Positions 28,257 to 37,279 of a stretch of 64,000 bases of DNA are shown here, piece by piece (the stretch's first letter is position 1; each line of letters begins with the position of its first letter). Under the pieces are notes generated by a model. It worked only from the letters and a program-made list of their open reading frames with translations, had not been told where the DNA came from and did no database searches. Made by a program: the position numbers and the translations under genes. The stretch comes from Thermoplasmatota archaeon (GTDB taxonomy: Archaea; Thermoplasmatota; E2; JACPAO01; JAHFTW01), in assembly GCA_041601615.1 (NCBI GenBank), contig JBFIHX010000008.1, positions 1 to 64,000 on the forward strand, written 5' to 3'.

Positions 28257-29402
28257 ATGCGACTGAGTGTCTACGTTTTGGCCCTCATCCTTCTTGCCGC
28301 TCCCGTGGCCGCCCAGGCGGACGCAAACGAGACGCTGGAAGACGTGGGTCAGGCGGCCGACGAGCACACAGACGGAATCCTCGACCTCGTGGGCGACGCC
28401 GCTCAGAGTGTCGGCGACGTTGCACAAGCCACGGGAGAAGGCATCAGCGACGCAGCCAGTTCCGTCGGCGGCGCTCTCTTGGCCACTGTGCAATTTCTCG
28501 CATCCTCTGCGCTTGCAGGCATCCAGGGACTCGCCCACGCTGGCGCCGGCATCAGCACCGCTCTCGTGACAGCCCTCGTGGGCCTCGGCATCGCAGCCGG
28601 CTGGCTCGGAGGCGCTCTCACTGCAGCCTTTGCATGGTTCGGCAGCGGCATCGGCAACCTATCGGTCGCCGGCTTCAACGGCATCGGGTTCGCCTTCGGA
28701 GCCTACTTCGACCTCGTGGGCAGCCTTCGCCCCGAAGCCATGTCCACCGTCGCCTTTGCCACCGTCACCAGCGCCGGAGCCGCCGGAAGTGCTGGAGCTG
28801 GCGGCTGGGCTGGATTCCAAGCACTGCGCAAATGGGGCCTATTGGCTAGCGGCGCAGGAGCCGCCGGAGTGGGCGGATTCACCCGCATCAGCAACGACGA
28901 TTTGCTCGAGCACCCCATGCGCGCCCAGATTTTCGGCGTCATCCAGCAACACCCCGGCATCCACGCAAGCCACCTAGCCCGTGAAATGGACGTGGGCTGG
29001 GGCACCATCACGCACCACTTGGACAAACTCCAGAAGGCCCGCATCGTCACGACCCGGAAGGTCAACAACCAGAAGTGCTTCTTCGAAATGGGCGGCAACA
29101 TCAGCCGCCAGGACATGGAGATCGCCAGTGCCCTCAAGGGCGACACCGCGAGCAACATCGCTTCGTTCGTGCAGGTCAACCCCATGACCAGCCAGAAAAA
29201 CCTCGCCGAAGCCCTCGGAATCAGCCCCGCGCTGGCAAGTTTCCACGTCAAGAAACTCGCCAACTTGGGTGTGCTGGAGAAGGTGCGCCATGGCAAGGAG
29301 ACCCTGCTGACCACAAGCGACGGCCTGCGCCGCGTCATGATGAGCGGAGACCCCGTCATCGCGCAGCAGTTGCAGGATTCGGGGTTCGAGTTCAGCTCCT
29401 GA
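28257..29402 (+). CDS. Membrane-tethered double winged-HTH transcriptional regulator
   Basis: Signal peptide and Gly/Ala-rich hydrophobic region, then LLEHP.RAQI...I...PG.....L......WGT..HHL..L and a second wHTH; GCATATAT about 25 nt upstream. Confidence 0.85.
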   Translation: MRLSVYVLALILLAAPVAAQADANETLEDVGQAADEHTDGILDLVGDAAQSVGDVAQATGEGISDAASSVGGALLATVQFLASSALAGIQGLAHAGAGISTALVTALVGLGIAAGWLGGALTAAFAWFGSGIGNLSVAGFNGIGFAFGAYFDLVGSLRPEAMSTVAFATVTSAGAAGSAGAGGWAGFQALRKWGLLASGAGAAGVGGFTRISNDDLLEHPMRAQIFGVIQQHPGIHASHLAREMDVGWGTITHHLDKLQKARIVTTRKVNNQKCFFEMGGNISRQDMEIASALKGDTASNIASFVQVNPMTSQKNLAEALGISPALASFHVKKLANLGVLEKVRHGKETLLTTSDGLRRVMMSGDPVIAQQLQDSGFEFSS

Positions 29403-29493
29403 ACCAGAGCGAAGGCAGCAGCCGCTCGAACGGGGCCATCGAGTCGGCCCGACACCGCCAGCAAGACTGAATCAGTGCGACGGATCAGGTGCC

Positions 29494-29730
29494 ATGCGCG
29501 TCGACTTGACCCTGCTGCTTTCGTGCCTCCTCGTTGCCGGCCCCGCAACGGCGCTTCCCGTGGTTTCCATGGAATCGCCGGAGCCCTCGTGCCAACTGAT
29601 CAAGGACTCGTCCCGCCCGCCCTACGTCACGGTCCACCCAGAGTGCGTCTTCGATTTTGAGTGCGCCATCATCACGGTGCGCCTACAGCCGCTGGGCGTA
29701 ACGATTGATCCGTCCTGCCTGACGACTTGA
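29494..29730 (+). CDS. Small secreted protein with two C-x17-C repeats
   Basis: AGGTG SD; signal peptide; CQLIKDSSRPPYVTVHPEC and CAIITVRLQPLGVTIDPSC. Confidence 0.65.
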   Translation: MRVDLTLLLSCLLVAGPATALPVVSMESPEPSCQLIKDSSRPPYVTVHPECVFDFECAIITVRLQPLGVTIDPSCLTT

Positions 29731-30796
29731 CGCTTCGACGTTGCCAGAACGGTTCGTCCGGCCACCTCCGTTCGGCCGCGTAGACGAGCGTTCGATTCTG
29801 AACATAAGCCGCATCGAGTCGTTCCAACTCCTCTTCGTACCGTAGCCGCGCCTCGTCGCTTCCCGCCAGCGCATCAGCCACCGCGTCGCCTGCGCGTTCT
29901 CCGGTGTGCAAGGCATGCAGGATTCCTTGGCTGCTGATTGGATCCAGGGCTGCTGCGGCGTCGCCGACCGCCATCCAGCCTGGGCCGGAGAATCGTTGCA
30001 GGCGGGTGCTCTCGGCGCGGTGCAAGCCAGGCCCCGTGGCTTGCTGGCAGTCAAAAAGTGGGTGGATGTGTCGCGTCTTGCCAAGCCATTCGCGCAGTTT
30101 TTCGCGATCAAGCGCAAGTCCAGCCATGGCGCTGCTGGCGTCTGTGACGAGGAGCACGGCTCGGTCGCCGCCGGGGGTAAGCGTCGTGTACCACCAGCCA
30201 AGGGGGCATGATTCGGTGCAGAGTCGTCGATCGGTATCGCCGGGGCGGGCTGGAGCCCTCAGCGAAAACGCCACCAATTCGTCGCGGCGCTGCACGGGCT
30301 CGCCGATCATTCGCGCAATCACCCGAGCGCGACCGGAGGCATCCACCATCCAAGAAGCGGTGCATTCGTCGCCGTCGATGTCCAATTGCCAGCCGTCGCC
30401 GACTCGTTGCAAGGATCGAATGCGGCGGCCTTCCAGCACTTGCACGCCGGCAGCTTGTGCCACCTTGCGCAGTTGCGCATCGAATGCATTGCGGTCGAGG
30501 ATCCAGCCGTGGCCATCGGGGTCCAGCAAGTGATCGCGTTCGACGAGGTCCGTGCCTCCCCACGCAGATCGGGTGCCGTAGTTGGGAACATGGCCGTGTT
30601 CAGCCAAGCTCTCAGGTTCGATGCCGAGGCGCCGCAAGTAGCGGTTGGCAACGGGGGGCAGGCTCTCGCCGACCTTGGCCCGAGAACCGCCCACCGGGTC
30701 CAGGAGGAGTACCTGCAAGCCTCGGCGGGCCGCCGTGATGGCGGTGGCCGTACCCGATGGGCCGCCCCCGAGCACCACGAGGTCCGCAACGTTCAT
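29672..30796 (-). CDS. LodB/GoxB-like FAD-dependent maturase
   Basis: GGGPSG, VGESLPP, GWILDRNAFD, DASGR, GWWY, VGDAA..LDPISSQG, Y..E.RWP..PFW.RR; ATGA overlap with the lodA-like gene. Confidence 0.88.
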   Translation of the reverse strand: MNVADLVVLGGGPSGTATAITAARRGLQVLLLDPVGGSRAKVGESLPPVANRYLRRLGIEPESLAEHGHVPNYGTRSAWGGTDLVERDHLLDPDGHGWILDRNAFDAQLRKVAQAAGVQVLEGRRIRSLQRVGDGWQLDIDGDECTASWMVDASGRARVIARMIGEPVQRRDELVAFSLRAPARPGDTDRRLCTESCPLGWWYTTLTPGGDRAVLLVTDASSAMAGLALDREKLREWLGKTRHIHPLFDCQQATGPGLHRAESTRLQRFSGPGWMAVGDAAAALDPISSQGILHALHTGERAGDAVADALAGSDEARLRYEEELERLDAAYVQNRTLVYAAERRWPDEPFWQRRSVKSSGRTDQSLRPAAVGAP

Positions 30797-32742
30797 GCTT
30801 TGGCGGCCTTGGATTGGGGCGGACGAGCAGGAGCATCTTCTGGGCTTGCAACAGGGACCGGTGCAGTCGTTCTGGGTGCTGCCTCGGCGACGCGGGCTTG
30901 TCGGTCGTGGAGGATGTTGACCGCGTGGCCTGCCATGCGGACGGCGTGGACGGGCAGTGGTGTGGTTCGAGGGCGGCTCTCGACGAGGAATTCGGAGGGG
31001 AAGGACGCGCCGAATGCTACTTTGTGGCGCTCCAGGATGCCGAGTTCTCCAAACATGGTCACCATGTTGTTGATGTGGGTCTGATAGTGGCCGCCGCTGG
31101 AGGGCCCTAGGATGCGGCTCCAATCGGCGCGATCCAAGAAGAGTGCTTCCAGGCGCTTGCGGTCGCGGGGGGTTGCTTGCATCTCCTGGAAGGTTTCCTG
31201 GGTCAGCACTTGGTTGGGCACGCGGGCGGGCCAGAACGTGGGCAGGAATTCGTCGTACGAGGCGTCGTAGCCGGCGTTGCAACTGGAGGTGTCGGTTTGC
31301 CAGGGTACGGCCATCCATTTGCTAAGGTCTCCTGCGCGACTGCCGTCCAGGCAACTGCCGGGGCCAAAAACGGGTGTTGGTTGCAGCGTGGCGGGCGGCA
31401 GAGGGGCCGGTCCGGTGGCTTCCTTGATGCGCATGCCCGCCCGGTAGAGAACCGGTTGCCGCATGGGCCAGGTCAGTTCGCAGCCGGGGTGGAAGGCGCC
31501 TCCCAGGCAGGCTTGGAGCTGTGCTTGGTCCATGGAGGCGGGACGTCGCTGGAGTGGCACTTCGCTGAGTTGCGTGGCGCGGCGGGGACGGCCTTTTTGG
31601 AAGGTCCCCGCGGCCCAGAGGCGCAGCCGATCGTATTGCAGGTGTGTGAGTGCAAGCCACTGGCGCGTGTCCTGGGGCGTCAGGTCCATGCCGTCGCCGT
31701 AGATGGGCGGCAGGGCTTGGCTCGACATGGTGGTGTAATCGGGGTCTCGAAACAGATGGAACACTTGGGTGCGCAGTTCTTTCCACTCAGGCGAGGGGTT
31801 GGCAAGGCGGCGCAGCATGCGGGGCGCCAGGAAGTCCATGAGTCCGCCTTTGCCAAATTGCACAAGGAAGCCTTTGTTGGCCCATTGCGTTGTCGCCATG
31901 CGCTCAAAGATTGGGTAGATGTGGTCGTAGAACACAACGGGCTCGGTGGGGGGCGTGCCGGGGGCGTGCTTGACGTTCTCCCAGACATCGAACATGGTGA
32001 CGGGGTCGTTGAGGCCGGGGCCGTAGTCGGGCGGAGCGACCGCGACCCAGGCGCCGTCGACGGGGACCTCGCGGCCTGAGCCATTCATTCGAACCGTGGC
32101 GTATACGGGGCCGTCGCTCGTGTCATCGTGCCAGCCAGGATTGTTGCCAAAACTCACGGCGGGGCGGCCGTCGTTGGAGGCAGAGACACCTAGGCCTCCG
32201 AAAAACAGCAAGCGCCCATCCGGGTCGGTTTGAAGTTCCCCAAGGTAGACGGACTTGTCAAAGAAACGGCCCGTGTCGAACTTGGGGGCCTTGTCGCCGG
32301 CCACACTTGGACCCGAGACGCTGCGGGGCCCGGGCACAATCTCCAGTTTGCTCCGGTCGGCTCCCTGGATGGTGTCGTTGCGCAGCCCCACAGGTTGGGC
32401 CTCTGGAATGTCCATGGCGGTGGCGAACTTGTACCAACTGGATTTTTTGTTGGCAACTTCAACGGTCCACGCGATCTGAGCGTCGTCGAGCGTCAATTCC
32501 TGCACGACTCGGCCGCGAGCATCGTAGCCATAGACCCGGAACCGAACCGCTTGGCGCTTGATGCGGCCTTGCGCGTCCTTGTACCCTCCCGGGGGCGCCT
32601 CGACGGCATCCGGCACTTCGGGCCCTAGAAAATATTCATCCGGGCTGTTGCCGATGCGAGCAATACCGATGGCCGGGTGGATGGCGGCACGAACGATTCG
32701 AGACGTTTTCTTGGATTCCGGCGCGGCGCCATCTAGGGTCAT
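30793..32742 (-). CDS. LodA/GoxA-family CTQ-dependent amino-acid oxidase
   Basis: IHPAIGIARIGNS, GRIKRQA.RFR.YGY, VANKK, LGEL.TD..GRL...GG.G, WHDDTSDGPV, PPDY.P, GGAFHPGCELTW, MAVPWQTDTSSC...FWPARVP; start at ATG 32742. Confidence 0.92.
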   Translation of the reverse strand: MTLDGAAPESKKTSRIVRAAIHPAIGIARIGNSPDEYFLGPEVPDAVEAPPGGYKDAQGRIKRQAVRFRVYGYDARGRVVQELTLDDAQIAWTVEVANKKSSWYKFATAMDIPEAQPVGLRNDTIQGADRSKLEIVPGPRSVSGPSVAGDKAPKFDTGRFFDKSVYLGELQTDPDGRLLFFGGLGVSASNDGRPAVSFGNNPGWHDDTSDGPVYATVRMNGSGREVPVDGAWVAVAPPDYGPGLNDPVTMFDVWENVKHAPGTPPTEPVVFYDHIYPIFERMATTQWANKGFLVQFGKGGLMDFLAPRMLRRLANPSPEWKELRTQVFHLFRDPDYTTMSSQALPPIYGDGMDLTPQDTRQWLALTHLQYDRLRLWAAGTFQKGRPRRATQLSEVPLQRRPASMDQAQLQACLGGAFHPGCELTWPMRQPVLYRAGMRIKEATGPAPLPPATLQPTPVFGPGSCLDGSRAGDLSKWMAVPWQTDTSSCNAGYDASYDEFLPTFWPARVPNQVLTQETFQEMQATPRDRKRLEALFLDRADWSRILGPSSGGHYQTHINNMVTMFGELGILERHKVAFGASFPSEFLVESRPRTTPLPVHAVRMAGHAVNILHDRQARVAEAAPRTTAPVPVASPEDAPARPPQSKAAKA

Positions 32743-32867
32743 AAGCGAGACTCCAACTTGGTACAGCGACAGGCGATTATAACCGAGCTTGACGATGAAC
32801 GGCCAACGTACGCACAAACCAAGTGCTTCAGGCCAATCCTGAAACACTGTCCCGCCTCGGCGCCCCC

Positions 32868-33878
32868 GTGGCATTGGCCGTCCTGCTCTCCGGCGACCCC
32901 ACCAGCATTCCCCGCGCCGAGGCCGAGGCCTTGCTGCGACCCGAGCGCTGGATCGGCGACCGCGTCGTGCTCTGTGCTGACGACGACGGGCCCGCCGCCG
33001 CCCGACTTGCCTACGGCCGCATATACGGGTCCTTCTGGGCCGACGCCGAGGACACTCCGGAAGGCCACGCAGCGCTTGCGCAAGTGGTACGAGACCTTGC
33101 CCCCGGCGCCAGCACCGCCGCCGTACAAACCGTGCGCACAGGCGAGGACAAATCACCACACAAGCACGCCGTCGAGAGGCTGCTTGGCGGAGCACTCATG
33201 GACGCTGGCCACTCCATTGACCTTGACACACCCGTCTTCGTGGTGTTTGCTTGGTTCCACGCCGGTCGCGTCGTCGTGGGCAAGCTCGAAGGCAATATGG
33301 AGCATGATTTCGAGCACCGCACCGTGCAAAAACGCGCCCACTTCAGTCCCGTAAGCCTCCATCCGCGCCTCGCGCTTGCACTTGTGCACCTCACCCGTTG
33401 TGGCTCCGGCCAACGCATCCATGACCCCTTCTGCGGCACGGGCGGACTTGTCTTGGAAGCGGCATTGGATGGCTTCGACGCCTCCGGCTCCGACTTGGAC
33501 GCCTGGATGGTAGCCGGCACCCTGGGAACGCTCGCCGATGAAGGCCCAGAACCCCTCGACGCGCCCGCATTCGTTGCCGACGTGGCCGACGTACCCAACT
33601 TGCTTGGGCCGGGGAGCGTGGACGGCATCGTCACAGACCTACCCTACGGAGGCGCAAGCACCACCAACAAAGAGGCGATCGCAAGCCTCTACGACCGCGC
33701 ATTTGCCGCCTTCGCGCTCCTGTTGCCCGCGGGCCGCCGCGTGGTGTTCGGATGCCACGACGAAGCACTCGGTCGCCGCATCGAGGACGCCGGGTTCCGC
33801 GTCGAAGCCGTGCATGAACAGTTCGTCCACCGCAGCCTGACACGGCGGTTCTTCGTGGCTCTGCGAAGCGACCGTTAA
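32868..33878 (+). CDS. THUMP-containing tRNA (guanine-N2) methyltransferase, Trm11/TrmG10-like
   Basis: FSPVSLHPRLA, DPFCGTGG...EA, GSDLD..M, TDLPYG, VHRSLTR; GTG start inferred. Confidence 0.85.
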   Translation: MALAVLLSGDPTSIPRAEAEALLRPERWIGDRVVLCADDDGPAAARLAYGRIYGSFWADAEDTPEGHAALAQVVRDLAPGASTAAVQTVRTGEDKSPHKHAVERLLGGALMDAGHSIDLDTPVFVVFAWFHAGRVVVGKLEGNMEHDFEHRTVQKRAHFSPVSLHPRLALALVHLTRCGSGQRIHDPFCGTGGLVLEAALDGFDASGSDLDAWMVAGTLGTLADEGPEPLDAPAFVADVADVPNLLGPGSVDGIVTDLPYGGASTTNKEAIASLYDRAFAAFALLLPAGRRVVFGCHDEALGRRIEDAGFRVEAVHEQFVHRSLTRRFFVALRSDR

Positions 33879-33943
33879 AAGCGCCTAGGCGGTCGACAAC
33901 AGAGTATGGGACTGGTCAGCACGCAAAACGGAGCTGCGGCGTA

Positions 33944-34864
33944 GTGGCCGCCGACATGACGGTGACATTTCTTGGCACCGGCGCCAGTTGGCCCACCGTG
34001 CAGCGCGGCCTTTCTAGCGTCGCCTTGAAGCGTGGCGGCGAAATCGTCTTGTTCGACTGCGGTGAAGGGACACAGCGCCAACTCCAGCTCTCGGACTTGT
34101 CGTATCAGCAAATCACGCAGATCTACCTCACGCACTACCACGGCGACCACTGCTTTGGCGTGCCTGGCCTCGTCAAGACCATGGCACTGAACGAACGCGA
34201 CCGGCCGCTATGGATCTACGGCCCCCGAGGCCTGCAACGTATGGTGGACGCCTGGCAAAAAATGGGCGGATGGACGAAGCAATTTCCCATCCACGTCCAG
34301 GAGCTTGCCCCCGGCGACCGAATCGAACGCGACGGCTACACCATCGAAGTACACGAGGCCGATCACAGCATCCAAAACATCAGCTACGCGCTGCAAGAAC
34401 CGATGCGCCCCGGCCGCTTCGACAAACCCGGCGCTCTGGCCATGGGCATCCCAGAGGGCCGCATGTTTGGCATGCTGCAACGAGGCCAGAGTGTGACCCT
34501 GGACGATGGCCGCAAAATCGATCCCTCCATGGTGCTCGGCCCCAGCCGCCCAGGACGGCGCGTGGTCTACAGCGGCGACACCCAACCCTGCCTTGGGCTC
34601 ATGGAAGCAGCCCGCGACGCCGACTTGTTCATTTGCGAAGCCAGTTTCACATCCGACCTCGTTGATCGGGCCCGCGAAGTCAAACACATGTGCGCCGGAG
34701 AAGCGGCCGCGATCGCCCACAAGGCCGGCGCCCGTGGCCTCGCACTTACCCACATCAGTCCGCGCTACAAAGACGCCACTCCGGTGCTCGAAGAAGCCCA
34801 AGCGGTCTTCCCCTCGGCTGTCCTTGCCGAGGACTTGATGACATTGGAGGTGCCGTTTCGGTGA
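33944..34864 (+). CDS. rnz: Ribonuclease Z
   Basis: FLGTGASWP..QRG, FDCGEGTQRQ, THYHGDH, flexible arm PGRFD...G, YSGDT.P, LTHISPRY; start may be ATG 33956. Confidence 0.95.
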   Translation: MAADMTVTFLGTGASWPTVQRGLSSVALKRGGEIVLFDCGEGTQRQLQLSDLSYQQITQIYLTHYHGDHCFGVPGLVKTMALNERDRPLWIYGPRGLQRMVDAWQKMGGWTKQFPIHVQELAPGDRIERDGYTIEVHEADHSIQNISYALQEPMRPGRFDKPGALAMGIPEGRMFGMLQRGQSVTLDDGRKIDPSMVLGPSRPGRRVVYSGDTQPCLGLMEAARDADLFICEASFTSDLVDRAREVKHMCAGEAAAIAHKAGARGLALTHISPRYKDATPVLEEAQAVFPSAVLAEDLMTLEVPFR

Positions 34865-35379
34865 AGGGGCTCCTCGCTTTGCTGGCCGCTGCCAGTGCGA
34901 GCGAGGACGCCCCCGACGACGAATCGGCTGCCATGGAGGCCAAGAAACAGGCCCAATTGGAGCTGGCTCGCCAACGATTGCGCGAAGCAATGATGACGCG
35001 GGAACCGGCAACGCCCGTGCGACCCGAACCGGAAGCAGCGCCTACTGGACAAGGCGCTCCGGCTCGCGGCAAGGTCGGCCAGACCGTGGACAAATACTTC
35101 GGCACCAAACTGCCCCCCGTCTGCGCTCGGCTTGGCTGCTACTTGACCGACGATGGCAAGCGATTCTACTGCGTCAATCCGGGCTGCCAGAAGCACAAGA
35201 AACGAGCCACCAAGCACAGCCGCGTCAAGAAGGCCCGCGAAGTGCCCGGCGTGTACTTTCGCTGCCCCAAGTGCCAGAGTCGCAGCCTGGAAATCCTGCA
35301 TGAGGCCAACGAGTATGCCTGCTTGGACTGCAAGCACCACTGGCCGCGTGCCCCGATCGAACCGCCGTCGGCCGACTAA
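34861..35379 (+). CDS. Hypothetical Zn-ribbon protein
   Basis: GTGA overlap with rnz; CARLGC, CVNPGC, CPKC, CLDC pairs. Confidence 0.65.
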   Translation: MKGLLALLAAASASEDAPDDESAAMEAKKQAQLELARQRLREAMMTREPATPVRPEPEAAPTGQGAPARGKVGQTVDKYFGTKLPPVCARLGCYLTDDGKRFYCVNPGCQKHKKRATKHSRVKKAREVPGVYFRCPKCQSRSLEILHEANEYACLDCKHHWPRAPIEPPSAD

Positions 35380-35834
35380 GAGGACGGCACGGAACCCGGC
35401 GGTTCCTTGCGGCCGATGATTTCGCCCTCCGCCGTCTCCGGGCACAGCCACCATACAAGGTGCTCCGCGTCTGGCCATGGATCTGACTCCTCCAGTTCCA
35501 CCACGATCGTGAGGTCGCCAAGCACATGGGGTGTCGGAGGGACCGCCACTTGACCCGCCAGCGCCGCCTGCTTGCCGATGCGAAAACGCAGGACGCGCTC
35601 GTGGGCGCCAGGCAGGACATTGCGGCGGAAGGCGTCGATGATGCGCAATTCCCACACGCGAGCACGCAAGGTGTCCAACTCCGACGCGGTGGCCGAAATG
35701 GAATCGTCATGCAACACCGGCTCTGCATCGGGCCAAAACATCACAAGCGCATCGGCGACCTTGTCCGGATCCTCCGTGGGCCGAACGGGCGTGGACAACT
35801 GGATGCGCACAGCCGCGCCAGTCCGGGCCTGCAC
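35376..35834 (-). CDS. Archaeal RNA-binding protein (DUF54/UPF0201-like)
   Basis: V.PTEDPDKV..A....P, RI.D.FR, KQAALAG.V. Confidence 0.8.
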   Translation of the reverse strand: MQARTGAAVRIQLSTPVRPTEDPDKVADALVMFWPDAEPVLHDDSISATASELDTLRARVWELRIIDAFRRNVLPGAHERVLRFRIGKQAALAGQVAVPPTPHVLGDLTIVVELEESDPWPDAEHLVWWLCPETAEGEIIGRKEPPGSVPSS

Positions 35835-35881
35835 AAAAGCAAATCACTCTCGTGAAAGGTCAGGAGAGCCGGCGGAGCGAT

Positions 35882-36223
35882 TCACTTGGAGCCGAACATC
35901 AAGACGAGCCCCATGACGCCAAGCGACGGGGCAACGACGAGGTTCAATGGATAATCCAGGAAGTAAACACTCGCAGGCACCAGGGCAAGGGCGGGCACGG
36001 CGAGGACACGCAGGAACGTCTGCATGCGTCGTTCTTTGCGCATGCGGTTGCTGACGCGCCCGGACGCCTTGGTGCCCGGCTTGTAATGGCGAAACCGGTG
36101 CTTGCGCTTCCCGTACAATTTCTTGCGTTTTCGGGGCTTTTCGGGCTTGACCTTGACCGGCCTTGCCAGCTCAGAGTCTTCTGCCCAAAGGTTGCTGGTG
36201 TGCAACGTGGACCCGGGGGCCAT
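35882..36223 (-). CDS. Small basic protein with two C-terminal TMs
   Basis: K/R-rich stretch followed by two hydrophobic helices; start inferred. Confidence 0.55.
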   Translation of the reverse strand: MAPGSTLHTSNLWAEDSELARPVKVKPEKPRKRKKLYGKRKHRFRHYKPGTKASGRVSNRMRKERRMQTFLRVLAVPALALVPASVYFLDYPLNLVVAPSLGVMGLVLMFGSK

Positions 36224-36367
36224 GGGAGCGTATTGCCCTTGGGTCAAAAAGGCGCTTGTCACTTGTACGCAGGCCCAAAATCCCCAAAATCGAGCGGGTT
36301 TCGGGCCGATTTTCGCTGCATTGTGGCCACCGTTCCTCGGCCCAAGTCGCCAGCCATCCCAACCCGG

Positions 36368-37279
36368 TTACGCCGGACCCACAGGCACCGGCGGAATGGA
36401 TCGAACGAGACGGGCGCCGTGCGGCTCGACGCGGCTGCGAAGGATGCGTCCGTGTCCCTCAAGCAACGCCTCAGCGCGGTCGAGATCTCCGGGTGCGCCT
36501 TGGACCCAGAGCGTCGTCCCGAGCATGCACTGTCCCCAGTAGACATCCTCGGGCAATTGCTGACCCAATGCGACCATGTGGTCGGGTCGAAGGCCGAGGG
36601 CGGTGCTGAACGTGGCCGCCTCGTGCAGAAGCTGCGTCCAAGCGGCTCCCCGCCCGGCTTCCAGCACGCGATCCACGGCGGCGTCTCCGTGTCGGCGGGT
36701 GCGTTCCTTCCAGGAGTGGTCTTGGATGATGCTCTTGGTGCTGATTTCGCCGCCCAGCACGCAAAATAGGAATTCGGTCGCTTCGGGAACGGCAATTTGC
36801 ATGGCCCAGCCGTGCGGGGGGCAGCCGGGGCGGATGCGGAGTTCGGCACCGCCAAACCAGGAGCCGACGGCGTCGCCAAGCCCTGCTCCGAGTTCCACTT
36901 CGGCAGCATGGGTGGCGGCGAGCGCATCTTCGGGTTCGCGGTCCAAGAGGCGGGCCGCCGCAAGGCAAGTGGCAAGCGTGCCGGCGGCACTCATTCCGAA
37001 GCCTTGGCCCAGGGGAAGTTGGATGTGGATGTCCACGTCGAAGAAGTCCTCGGGTGCCAGAATTTCAAGGGCGCGGCGCGTCACGGGTGCGTCGTGTTCT
37101 TCGCCGTTGATGCGCACGTCGTTTTGACCGGTCTCGTAAGGCAGCACACTGGCGTAGGCTCCTTTTTGCAGGCACCATCCGCCGCCTCGGCTGCCGTTTT
37201 GCACGGGTTCGGCAAAGGCGTCGTGGACCGCAAAGAAGCCGGTGACATGGCCGGGGGCAAAGGCGCAGGCGCGGTTCAT
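36368..37279 (-). CDS. Pantoate kinase (GHMP family)
   Basis: AFAPGHVTGFF, GSRGGG, LPLGQGFGMSAA, HAAEV..G.GLGD, RIRPG.P; coupled to coaBC. Confidence 0.9.
   Translation of the reverse strand: MNRACAFAPGHVTGFFAVHDAFAEPVQNGSRGGGWCLQKGAYASVLPYETGQNDVRINGEEHDAPVTRRALEILAPEDFFDVDIHIQLPLGQGFGMSAAGTLATCLAAARLLDREPEDALAATHAAEVELGAGLGDAVGSWFGGAELRIRPGCPPHGWAMQIAVPEATEFLFCVLGGEISTKSIIQDHSWKERTRRHGDAAVDRVLEAGRGAAWTQLLHEAATFSTALGLRPDHMVALGQQLPEDVYWGQCMLGTTLWVQGAPGDLDRAEALLEGHGRILRSRVEPHGARLVRSIPPVPVGPA

Noticed and set aside
30797-33195. 800-aa LodA and 548-aa LodB as given in the ORF track
   Set aside because: Extensions overlap the divergent methyltransferase gene or lodA itself; real starts are 32742 and 30796
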